Below, in pieces: positions 21,498-30,594 of a DNA stretch of 64,000 nt. The first letter of the stretch is position 1. Every line of letters starts with the position of its first letter. A program made the translations under genes and the position numbers. The notes beneath the pieces were generated by a model that was not told the DNA's origin, did no database searches, and was given only the letters and a program-made list of their open reading frames with translations. Origin of the DNA: Nitrosomonas oligotropha (GTDB taxonomy: Bacteria; Pseudomonadota; Gammaproteobacteria; Burkholderiales; Nitrosomonadaceae); assembly GCA_008015635.1 (NCBI GenBank), contig SSFX01000036.1, forward strand, positions 6,603 through 70,602, in the 5' to 3' direction.

Positions 21498-23501
21498 TTA
21501 AAAGCGATAATCCAGCCTGAAGCGAACCGTCCGTCCGGACTGCCAGAATGTATTCTGCCAATTGGTATCCGCAGCCGGGTGCAAATAGTTTTCGTTAAAC
21601 AAGTTATAAATACTGAGCGAGGCTTCCAATCCTTTCACTTGCGGAACATTAGTGACTAAGTTGAGATTGGCAAGCACGTAGCTGTCGGTATTGGAGCCAT
21701 CGAGCGTTTTGCGTTTGCCGTAGTATTGCAATTCAGAGCCGGCCCGCAATCCGGTAATCAGTGGGATGGGCAGGGAAAAATTGAGTTTGCCGAGATAATA
21801 AGGGGAATTGGGCAGATGAGAATTTTGCTGCTCGGCATTTTGGATGCCGAAGCTGCCGCGTAAACGCGCACCCCAATCCCAGGTTTTATCGAGCGACAGT
21901 TCCGCACCCCTAGCGACCACTTTTTTGGAATTTTGCTGATACTGGGACAATCCGCTGAGCGGATCGATACCGAGTGCAATGAGGTGGTACATATCCCAGG
22001 CGTAGACGTTCGCACGCAGGTTCAGGGTAGGCTGTGCGAGATAATCCGCGACCAATTCGGCGGTATCGACGGATTCACTGTGCAATCCGGGGTTCGCGAC
22101 CTGTGAAATATTGTCGCCATAATCACGTTCGTATGAATTCGGTGAACGGTGCGCACGGCCATACAGTGCCTTGAATGTGGCTTTGGGAGTGGCCTGCCAG
22201 ATCAACGCACCGCGCGGACTCAGGCGGCTGCCGATCCAGTGGTTGTGGTCGTAACGCAAGCCAACGGTGGCGGATAACGTGTCAGTGATACGCCATTCAT
22301 CCTGCAGGTAAACGCCTAGGCGCATCACGGAGCTTTTAATACGCAGATTTTCATCCGGATTATTGAAGTTCTGGAATGCCTGTGTGATGCTAGCGTTGTT
22401 CTGATATTCGAATCCCGCCATCAGTTTATGATCGGCAAAGGCAGTTGACAGTAAGCGTAGCTCCACGCCGTGCCAATCGCTCGGGCCAGTACTCAATGTT
22501 TTTTCACCGCTGTAAAAGCCCGGCTGTTCATAACTGTACCGGCCAAGAAATGCACGGCCTAGCACATTGAGGGTATCATTGAGAAAATTATCGTTATACT
22601 GAATTTGCGTGTTGAGGCGGCGATCGATGACTGAAGCGCCTTTGACCAGCGGATCGGTCAAAAACATACCGGTTGGATCGCCCTTGTGCCGATTGCCGTA
22701 GATAAAATCGAACGACAGCGGGCCATGCGAGGCGCGTGCGAACATCTGTTTAACATTCTCGCCATCCAAGCGGTGCGCGATACCGGAGACGCCAGAATCG
22801 CCGAATTCAAAGAAACGATCCGCGCCACGCGATTGCAAACCGGAAAAAGAGATGAGCGCATCGGCGCCGTTATCAAATTGCTTGCCTAGCGTGACACGTT
22901 CTTGCGGCATGACTTCAGCGGTTTGATACGATGCTGACAGCTCGGCGCCTTTGATGTCGGCGCCTTTACGGGTAATGATATTGACCACGCCGAGCATGGC
23001 ATTCTGACCGTACACCGCGCTGCCCGGTCCCGGAATAAACTCGATGCGCTCAATCAGATCGATGTCGAGTGGGAAATCCCGTCCTGTCGGTCCTTGGTCG
23101 TACGTGGCGTCGTTAATGCGATTGCCATTGACGGTGATCAGCACGCGCGTATTGAAATCCCCCGGTAACCCAAAACCGCGCGTGCCCAGGTATTCATATT
23201 GATAGTCATAGGTGGGATGAATGCCGGGAAGACTTGCCAAGGCTTGATTCAGCGTGCGCCAGCCGTAGGTGCGGATATCCTTGCGCGTGATGATACTGAC
23301 AGCGGCGGCGGCTTGTTGTTGCTTCTGCTCATATTTTGCGGCACCGACAACGCTGATGTTCATCAGTTGTTCCAGGCTCATCTGTTCCAGATTCGATGAT
23401 GCGAAAACTGGAAATACCGGTACAAAGACCGAATAAAGAAATAAGTATCTTCTTACGTCAGAATTTTTGCTAGAAGAAAGGAGTTTTGGCAGAGCAAACA
23501 C
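21498..23501 (-). CDS. TonB-dependent receptor, copy 5
   Basis: Signal peptide, MSLEQLMNISV, IERIEFIPGPGS, C-terminal LDYRF. Confidence 0.9.
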   Translation of the reverse strand: MFALPKLLSSSKNSDVRRYLFLYSVFVPVFPVFASSNLEQMSLEQLMNISVVGAAKYEQKQQQAAAAVSIITRKDIRTYGWRTLNQALASLPGIHPTYDYQYEYLGTRGFGLPGDFNTRVLITVNGNRINDATYDQGPTGRDFPLDIDLIERIEFIPGPGSAVYGQNAMLGVVNIITRKGADIKGAELSASYQTAEVMPQERVTLGKQFDNGADALISFSGLQSRGADRFFEFGDSGVSGIAHRLDGENVKQMFARASHGPLSFDFIYGNRHKGDPTGMFLTDPLVKGASVIDRRLNTQIQYNDNFLNDTLNVLGRAFLGRYSYEQPGFYSGEKTLSTGPSDWHGVELRLLSTAFADHKLMAGFEYQNNASITQAFQNFNNPDENLRIKSSVMRLGVYLQDEWRITDTLSATVGLRYDHNHWIGSRLSPRGALIWQATPKATFKALYGRAHRSPNSYERDYGDNISQVANPGLHSESVDTAELVADYLAQPTLNLRANVYAWDMYHLIALGIDPLSGLSQYQQNSKKVVARGAELSLDKTWDWGARLRGSFGIQNAEQQNSHLPNSPYYLGKLNFSLPIPLITGLRAGSELQYYGKRKTLDGSNTDSYVLANLNLVTNVPQVKGLEASLSIYNLFNENYLHPAADTNWQNTFWQSGRTVRFRLDYRF

Positions 23502-23688
23502 AATCGTCAGATTTAATTCTCAAATTATCGAATTTAAACATGGTAGATTGAGTATCAAAATGAAGAGAAGTAGGATTATTTTTATCTTAATCCAATATTC
23601 GATAAAAATTTTCATTAAGAAAATATAGATCTGCATAACTAATCCGGATTGATAATGGATGGAAACAGCGGGCAAATTACGCTTGCTA

Positions 23689-23994
23689 TTACTGATGCGC
23701 CTCGGTGGCAAGGTGCAGTAATTGGGAGCTTAAGTTTAAGCCGGCTTTTCTCGTCCGATTTAAGTTGGCTTCAAACGTGATTTTGTCATCTTTAATATTC
23801 ATGTTAAGTACAACACCTTGTGCACTTACTCCGGGCTATCCGCCACGGTTAGAACCGGCTTGTCTTTGATGCTATTGATCACGCCCGCCAAATCACCAAT
23901 CGCGGAGCGGGAAATGAAAACCAGCTGGCATTGATCGAGACGATCGGTCGTATTCATTCTATGGATGATCACGCTGCGTTCGTTGATATTCTTT
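23689..23994 (-). pseudogene. yfiR: 3' fragment of yfiR copy 4 (IS-interrupted, additional frameshift)
   Basis: Manual translation KNINERSVIIHR...CQLVFISRSA...KPVLTVADSP then, after a 1-nt shift near 23832, GVSAQGVVLNMNIKDDKITFEANL...GLNLSSQLLHLATEAHQ*. Confidence 0.85.
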
Positions 23995-24007
23995 CGCAAT
24001 TATCCCT

Positions 24008-24036
24008 TTGACATACGGTAATGATTTCTATATACT
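24008..24036 (+). promoter_or_regulatory. Sigma70-type promoter for the transposase, -35 inside left IR
   Basis: TTGACA-17 bp-TATACT, followed by AGGAG RBS before ATG 24063. Confidence 0.7.
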
Positions 24037-24062
24037 GATTCCATCGTTAGGAGATCAGCAAC

Positions 24063-24929
24063 ATGAAACCGATTACACTTCGTCAGTTCTTTAAACAGTT
24101 TCCAGATGACCAATCATGCTTGGAACACTTGTTTAATGTCCGCTTTGGTAAAGGTCACAAATGCCCAAAATGCGAGCGCGAAGCTAAATGGTATCCAATC
24201 AAATCTGAGCGCGCTTATTCTTGCCAATGGTGCGGTCATCATCTTCACCCTACAGTTGGAACATTGTTTGAAAAATCCAGAACATCATTACAACTTTGGT
24301 TCTATGCAATTTACCTGTTCACCACAACACGTCATGGCGTTTCTGGCAAAGAGCTTCAACGCCAGCTTGGCGTAACCTACAAATGCGCCTATCGCATGGG
24401 GCAGCAAATTAGAGAACATATGGCCAGTGTTGACGGTGAATCCATGCTTTCCGGTCATATTGAAATAGATGAAACATACATCGGCGGCAAAAGACCTGGT
24501 AAACGCGGACGCGGCGCCGATGGTAAAACCGTTATATTTGGAATGATGCAACGTGATGGCGATGTTATGACTCATGTTGTCCCTGACGTTAAGAGAAAAA
24601 CACTGCATCCGATAATTAACGCCAATGTAGAAACTGGCAGCACAATATCAACTGATGAACTAAGATCATATAACGGCCTAAACAATTCAGGATATGTCCA
24701 CAATACTGTTAATCATGGTATTGGCCAGTATGCTCATGGTGATACTCACGTTAACAGCATGGAAGGTTACTGGGCGCATTTGAAAAAGAGTATCCGCAGC
24801 ACTCATATCCATGTGTCTGAAAAACACTTGGCAAAATATGCCAAAGAATTTGAGTATAGATTTAATTCTCGGAAGAATCCTGAGACGATGTTTCCTGAGT
24901 TGATTTCGACTTTTCAGGATGAGAAATAG
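24063..24929 (+). CDS. IS1595-family (ISXO2-like) DDE transposase with Zn ribbon
   Basis: CPKC/CQWC Zn ribbon, HTH LQRQLGVTYKCAY, EIDETYIGG, ISTDE, VNH, HVNSMEGYW, EFEYRFN. Confidence 0.95.
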   Translation: MKPITLRQFFKQFPDDQSCLEHLFNVRFGKGHKCPKCEREAKWYPIKSERAYSCQWCGHHLHPTVGTLFEKSRTSLQLWFYAIYLFTTTRHGVSGKELQRQLGVTYKCAYRMGQQIREHMASVDGESMLSGHIEIDETYIGGKRPGKRGRGADGKTVIFGMMQRDGDVMTHVVPDVKRKTLHPIINANVETGSTISTDELRSYNGLNNSGYVHNTVNHGIGQYAHGDTHVNSMEGYWAHLKKSIRSTHIHVSEKHLAKYAKEFEYRFNSRKNPETMFPELISTFQDEK

Positions 24930-25038
24930 CAGCTAGGGTTTTATCAAACATATCCTTATCGCCAGAGGCATCTTCCTCATGCTCTTTGATAAATTCTTCT
25001 AGGTTTCCTTGTTCTTTAGCTTTCTTTAGTGTTGTCAT
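24862..25038 (-). CDS. Small acidic IS passenger protein (~58 aa) overlapping transposase 3' end
   Basis: MTTLKKAKEQGNLEEFIKEHEE...GDKDMFDKTL; start overlaps stop region of upstream cargo gene. Confidence 0.5.
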   Translation of the reverse strand: MTTLKKAKEQGNLEEFIKEHEEDASGDKDMFDKTLAAISHPEKSKSTQETSSQDSSEN

Positions 25039-25483
25039 CAATCGGCTCTCCATCAGAAATTACGTGCATAATATGAACCACATCTATCATTGATAAAGTA
25101 GCTACAAGTAGCATTATTAGGCAGAATGAATTAAATAGTGATACTTCCATTAAATTTGTATCTGCCACTCCGCCTCTTAGTATCAAAGCAAAAAGCACCA
25201 AAATAAATGACAGTCCAAGAGCCCAAGTTGTTTGGTTTATCTCTCTCCTGGCTTCAGGGAATATTTTCTCTTTCAGTCTTCTTTCAATTCTTCCAAACTC
25301 TAAGTGAACCTGAGTTATAGAAACTAATGTTACTGTAACAATTACGGCCAATATATTAAGGATTTCATGATTGATAAAATTGGCTAGAAATGTATTTTTA
25401 GATAAAATTTCAGGTGTGACTATTGATATAGTGATCAATGATGCTGATACAACAATAGTTATCACTCCAAATAATATCTTCAT
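25016..25483 (-). CDS. Four-TM membrane protein, IS passenger (candidate RexB/KwaA-like effector)
   Basis: Four hydrophobic stretches (~3-22, 41-59, 87-103, 115-135) with a charged central loop; ATGA overlap with upstream gene. Confidence 0.75.
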   Translation of the reverse strand: MKILFGVITIVVSASLITISIVTPEILSKNTFLANFINHEILNILAVIVTVTLVSITQVHLEFGRIERRLKEKIFPEARREINQTTWALGLSFILVLFALILRGGVADTNLMEVSLFNSFCLIMLLVATLSMIDVVHIMHVISDGEPIDDNTKES

Positions 25484-26319
25484 CTTTTTATCTTTCCATC
25501 AATATCATCTTTAGGAGTTTTGCCAGCATCAAGCATATCTTTTACTTCATCAGGCAACGCAAGCGATTCAGCATTGTCATCAGATGAATAAACAATATGT
25601 TTTCCTGATTTTGCTTTTGCAACACCAGCACCTCCCTCAACATATGCAACGGATGATCTCACATCATCATCATTAAGCATGATTCCATCGGGATTTCTGA
25701 TCTTTATATCTACGTTCTTTGCATTGTTTCTTTCCTTATATTTATTCAAACTTTTCCTAGTAGCATCAGAGCCACCAAAGAACATATTAGGAACAACATA
25801 AGAGAAGGATAATTCCGTAATTGGATCAGGATATTCTGCTACAGCTTCCCAAAAACCATTCTTTTTTGGAAGAACGAAAGAATCTATTTTGTATTCGTTT
25901 GACCCGGCGTATCTGTTTATGTGACTAACCAAAGCACTTACTAGTGCGACACCTGTTCCTACTTCATTATTTTGTTCAATAAAAGCTACTTGTTGGTTTT
26001 CATCGATATTAAGTATAAAAACAGATTTTTCCCAATAATCTACTGCTATTGGTCTCAATCCTTCTTCTGGTGGAGAAAAGTGCTGTTTAACAATTCTTTT
26101 CCCTATCGCTCCATACACATATATACCATCGCTTCCAGAACCTATATACGTATATTCTTTGTCACGATAAATGAATTGCCAATCCTTTCCAAAAGCAGTT
26201 TGTAGAAATTTCGCTCTTGTTGGACGATTATTTCCTTTTACCAATCCATCAAAAAGTTTAAGTTCATGCCTTTCTGTCAACGACAGTCTGAGCAGATTTC
26301 CTTTCACCACATCTCCCAA
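25480..26319 (-). CDS. Soluble ~275-279 aa IS passenger protein (candidate DUF4747/RexA/KwaB-like, RdgC-type fold)
   Basis: Long AT-rich ORF with alternating strand/helix pattern, FWEAV...ITELSFSYVVPN motif; start may be GTG 26307 after GGAGA. Confidence 0.7.
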   Translation of the reverse strand: MGDVVKGNLLRLSLTERHELKLFDGLVKGNNRPTRAKFLQTAFGKDWQFIYRDKEYTYIGSGSDGIYVYGAIGKRIVKQHFSPPEEGLRPIAVDYWEKSVFILNIDENQQVAFIEQNNEVGTGVALVSALVSHINRYAGSNEYKIDSFVLPKKNGFWEAVAEYPDPITELSFSYVVPNMFFGGSDATRKSLNKYKERNNAKNVDIKIRNPDGIMLNDDDVRSSVAYVEGGAGVAKAKSGKHIVYSSDDNAESLALPDEVKDMLDAGKTPKDDIDGKIKR

Positions 26320-26404
26320 AAATGCTAATGTAATTAGTGAAAGATTTTAGCATTACGTATAAAATCTGCTTGGATTTTGTACGTATGCTAAAGGGATAAT
26401 TGCC

Positions 26405-26626
26405 TAGATTAAAGTTATCCATGCTACGCTCGGGCCACGATGTAAAAATCGCAAAGTTATACAAAAACGCGGCTTTCAACATGTACTCACCCGATTCATC
26501 CGCGTGCGCGTTCGATGCCAAAGCGATGCTGGCACTGCATAGCAACAAGCCGAGTTGTGCATAAGGTATTCTTGCGTGCGAATAGCCTGATAGCTGGTGG
26601 ATGAGTAGCTTGAGCGTTGCCGTCAT
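26405..26626 (-). pseudogene. yfiR: 5' fragment of yfiR copy 4
   Basis: Signal peptide then EYMLKAAFLYNFAIFTSWPERSMDNFNL, ending exactly at the IS right IR. Confidence 0.85.
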
Positions 26627-26638
26627 CGTGCGCTGTTG

Positions 26639-28574
26639 TTAGAAACGCAACGTGAACCGGCCAAAAACGCCGCGCTGAATTTGTACTGGCATCGTCGGGA
26701 TCAACTCCGGTGCGAACTCCTGATGGTGTGACTGTAACAAATTCTGCCCGATTACTGATAGTTCCATATTTGCTTTAGGCTTCCACGCCAATCGTAAATC
26801 CAATGCTTGGTAACTGGCCACCTTCAGTCCCGGTAATTTATCGATATGACGGAAAAAGGCATCTAGCTCAACGTTCTTGACCAAATCTAGTTGCGTGCGC
26901 AAAGTGAATTGATGTTTGGGATCTCCACCCGATTCGGCTTCCTGGCCAAGCGGTACCTGTTTTCTCACTTGCAAGTGGCTATAACTGAGCATGAAACGCA
27001 ACCAATGCAAATGCATTCCATTATCTGAATCGTTGCCGGTGCGACTTCCGATTCACTGGAAGAATGATTATAGTCGTTGAAAAATCCCGCAATATCGACC
27101 GACAGATCGGATGCGATCTGTCGCCGGTAACCGGTTTCGAATCCCCATAGGGTCTCGGCCAGCAGATGCGGATTGCTGATGAGGCGAATAAATTCCGCGC
27201 CGTCCCGGATCAACTGATTGCCGTCGCGTTCAAAGCGGGATGGCAAGCGTATCGAGCGAGTTGCGGATGCCCAGAAAGACTGTTTAGCATCGGGTGTCCA
27301 CAGCAAGCGGGCATTGGGTAAGAAATTTCCGTGTGTGTAGGTGTGATCGAGAAATTTAATCCCCGCAGTTAGTTTCAGCCGGTCTTCCACAAGAGGAATA
27401 TCGGTTTGTGCGAAAACATTGCCGGTCTGCAAGTGGCGTCTTGCGGGATCTAAAGAAGTCGGCAAGCCACACCCAGGTGATCCGTTGTCCAGCGATAGCC
27501 GCCACCCCAGACGATATCCTGCTGAATAGGAACGAAAGGAATTTGTAACGGAAAACGATGTTGAAAATCCACATCGACGGTCTGGCGGGTTTCCTGGAAA
27601 GATAATTCGTTGCGATGCGTGCGATCATAATAGACTTGCAATGCGGTATTGGAACGCTCGCCGGTGGTGCGCTGCCAGCGAGCCAATGCATGCCCGCCGG
27701 CTAGATTGTCGTCTTCCGCGCGAATAGTTGCGGATTCTGGATCAGCGGGGTTGGCGAAAGCCGTATTCTGACCGACTTTACCATCGTAGTACTGACCTTG
27801 AAAAGTCAAGGCATTGCTGTCGTTAACATCCCAATCCGGGCGGAAACCTACCGTTCCGATGCGCCAGCTGTCGTTGGCCCCGCTCGGACTGAAGCTGTTA
27901 TCGCAAGTGAATCCTTTGGTGAAGAAGCGATAAAAAAAGCTTTCTCCGATTTTGCCGCCGTGGCGTAGCGTGGTGAATCCTCGTTCCTTGCTTCCGCCGC
28001 CTGAGGTGATTAAAATTACCTTGTGTGGTTCTGCTGGCATGCTTGGTGATGATGTGAATGGCGCCATTGGCGGCATTCGCGCCCCAGATGGGGCCACTCG
28101 GCCCGTGGATGACTTCGATGCGTTCGATATCTTCCAACGGAAGATCCAGTGTTTCCCAAAATGTTCCGGCAAACAACGGAGAATAGACCGTACGACCATC
28201 GATCATCACCAGCAAGTCGTCGGCAAAGCGGTCGCTGTATCCGCGCGAGGTCACCGACCATTTGTTCGCACGATGCGTACCACGGATAAACCGGGTGCCA
28301 TGCGTAGCAGTTCAGGAATGCTATTGGCGCTGGCGCGGCGGGTATCTTCCTAGGAAATGACAAAAACTGCCGCAGGCGTGTCACTCAAGGTTTGCGGCTT
28401 GCGTGAGACAGTCGATATTTTGGTACTCATCAATTCGGCAAGTGAAGTGTCGGAAATATCTTGTTTCAACGGCATATTTTGTGCCGTGACCGCAGTCGTA
28501 GCTGGAAATAAGAGAAAAAGCAGCAGCCGAATCCAAGTTAAACGCATTGCTTGTTGATTTGAAGTCGCGATCAT
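26639..28574 (-). pseudogene. TonB-dependent receptor copy 6, multiply frameshifted with nonsense codon
   Basis: Consecutive ORF pieces carry signal peptide/SLAELMSTKI, IERIEVIHGP, barrel strands and C-terminal TLRF; in-frame TAG at 28350-28352. Confidence 0.88.
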
Positions 28575-28719
28575 GAACGTGCAAAGTGCTTTGATAAGAA
28601 ATTTTTTGCGCGCAAAATCATAGGATTCAGGATTGTAGTCCTGAAGCTTCTTCCTAATAACTTGGAATAAAAGGGAAAACGTGTGTTAGTTTGATGCTAT
28701 AAAAGTAGCTGTGCCGGTA

Positions 28720-30576
28720 TTATGTGCGTTCGTTTTCCAGCAACCCCAGGAATCCGCCCGATTGATGATTCCATAATTGCGCGTAGAGTTGATTGTTGGC
28801 GATGAGTTTTGCGTGACTGCCTTGCTCGACAATCTGACCCTTGTCGAAAACGATGAGCCGGTCCATTGCCGCGATGGTCGACAAGCGATGCGCGATGGCG
28901 ATGACGGTTTTACCTTCCATCAATTGATACAGGCTTTGCTGGATACCGGCTTCGACCTCGGAATCCAGCGCCGATGTGGCTTCGTCCAGGACCAGAATGG
29001 GCGCGTTTTTGAGCAGCACGCGGGCGATGGCAATGCGTTGCCGTTGTCCACCGGAGAGTGTCACGCCGCGTTCGCCGACGTGCGCGTCGTAGCCGGTGCG
29101 GCCTTTGATGTCGCGCAGTCCCAGGATGAATTCATGTGCTTGCGCTTGTTTAGCGGCTGCAATCATTTGCGCGTCGCTGGCATCCGGTCTGCCGAATAGA
29201 ATGTTGTCGCGCACCGAGCGATGCAGCAACGAAGTATCCTGCGTCACCATGGCGATATTGGCGCGCAAGCTGTCTTGCGTGACAGTGCGGATGTCCTGCC
29301 CGTCGATGGTAATGTTGCCTTGCTGGGTATCGTAAAAGCGCAGCAACAGATTGACGAAGGTCGATTTGCCCGCGCCCGAACGGCCGACGATGCCGACTTT
29401 CTCGCCTGCTGCGATATGCAAATTGAGACCGGAGAAAATACGCAGTGATTCGGATTGTTCCGGATGATACGAAAAAATGACACGGTTAAAATCAATCGCA
29501 CCTTGCGCTACGATGAGTTCCTTGGCATCCGGCGCATCCGTGACCCGCTGTGGTTTGGAAATGGTGTTGATACCGTCTTGCACGGTGCCCATGTTTTCAA
29601 ACAAAGCATTGACTTCCCACATGATCCAATGCGACATACCGGTCATGCGGATCGCCAAGCTCATGACAATTGCAATCGCACCGGGGCCGATGCCGCCTTG
29701 CAGCCAGATTGCGAGCCCCAGCGCGCCAGTTGCGAATACCATCAGCATATTGATGGTCCAGACGCTGAAATTCAGACCGGTCGCCAAGCGCATTTGCGGA
29801 TAGACCGTGGCCATGAATTCTTCCATCCCGGCTTGCGCGTAGGCCGATTCCCGCTGGCTTTGGGAAAACAATTTAAGTGTCAGAATATTGGTGTAGCTGT
29901 CAGCGATGCGCCCGGTCATCAACGCGCGTGCATCCGCTTGCAAAGTGGAAACGCGTTTTAAGCGCGGCACAAAATACAGCAGTATGCCGATGTACAAAAT
30001 CAACCAGGCCGCGATTGGCAAACACAGATAAGGATCGGCGTTGACTACTAACAGTAGGGTTGTGGCGAGATAAATGATGACGAACAAAATGACATCGAGC
30101 AGTTTCAGCACGGTTTCGCGCACCGACAGGGCGGTCTGCATGACTTTGGCAGCAATCCGTCCGCTGAATTCATGTTGAAAGAATGCGTAGCTTTGGTTGA
30201 GCAGGTAACGATGCGATAACCAGCGCACGCGCATCGGGAAATTGCCCATTAGCAACTGGTTAATCACTAAAGCGTGCGACAGCACCAATAACGGAATCCA
30301 TATCAGAATGAAGATCGACATGGCCAGCAGCGTCGGCCATTCGCTCTCAAAGAAGTGTTCAGTTTTGTGCGCTGCCAGCCAATCGACCATTTGCCCGACC
30401 AGACTGTAAAGCATTGCTTCACTGACTGCTAACAGAGTAGTCAGTAGCGCCAGCAGTACCAAATAACGCTCGATGCCGCGAATGTAGTGGCGGCAGAATT
30501 GAAATAACCCTTTGGGCGGCTCAACCGGGTGTTCCGGCGGATACGGGTCGATCAGACGCTCGAAGAAGCCGAACAT
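28720..30576 (-). CDS. ABC exporter, fused permease/ATPase
   Basis: TM domain, Walker A GRSGAGKST, LSGGQRQR, LDEATSALD, IAHRLST. Confidence 0.93.
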   Translation of the reverse strand: MFGFFERLIDPYPPEHPVEPPKGLFQFCRHYIRGIERYLVLLALLTTLLAVSEAMLYSLVGQMVDWLAAHKTEHFFESEWPTLLAMSIFILIWIPLLVLSHALVINQLLMGNFPMRVRWLSHRYLLNQSYAFFQHEFSGRIAAKVMQTALSVRETVLKLLDVILFVIIYLATTLLLVVNADPYLCLPIAAWLILYIGILLYFVPRLKRVSTLQADARALMTGRIADSYTNILTLKLFSQSQRESAYAQAGMEEFMATVYPQMRLATGLNFSVWTINMLMVFATGALGLAIWLQGGIGPGAIAIVMSLAIRMTGMSHWIMWEVNALFENMGTVQDGINTISKPQRVTDAPDAKELIVAQGAIDFNRVIFSYHPEQSESLRIFSGLNLHIAAGEKVGIVGRSGAGKSTFVNLLLRFYDTQQGNITIDGQDIRTVTQDSLRANIAMVTQDTSLLHRSVRDNILFGRPDASDAQMIAAAKQAQAHEFILGLRDIKGRTGYDAHVGERGVTLSGGQRQRIAIARVLLKNAPILVLDEATSALDSEVEAGIQQSLYQLMEGKTVIAIAHRLSTIAAMDRLIVFDKGQIVEQGSHAKLIANNQLYAQLWNHQSGGFLGLLENERT

Positions 30577-30594
30577 AGTTACGCTACTCTTGGT

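Larger units (their letters stand above)
23995..26404 (+). mobile_element. IS1595-family element (ISNwi1-like ends) with passenger genes, 2410 bp
   Basis: Terminal IRs CGCAATTATCCCTTTGACATACG and (rc) GGCAATTATCCCTTTAGCATACG; splits yfiR copy 4; no target duplication visible. Confidence 0.88.

Noticed and set aside
26264-26404. C-terminal part of ORF 26264..26626 as a genuine protein tail
   Set aside because: It is read-through of the broken yfiR into the IS right end
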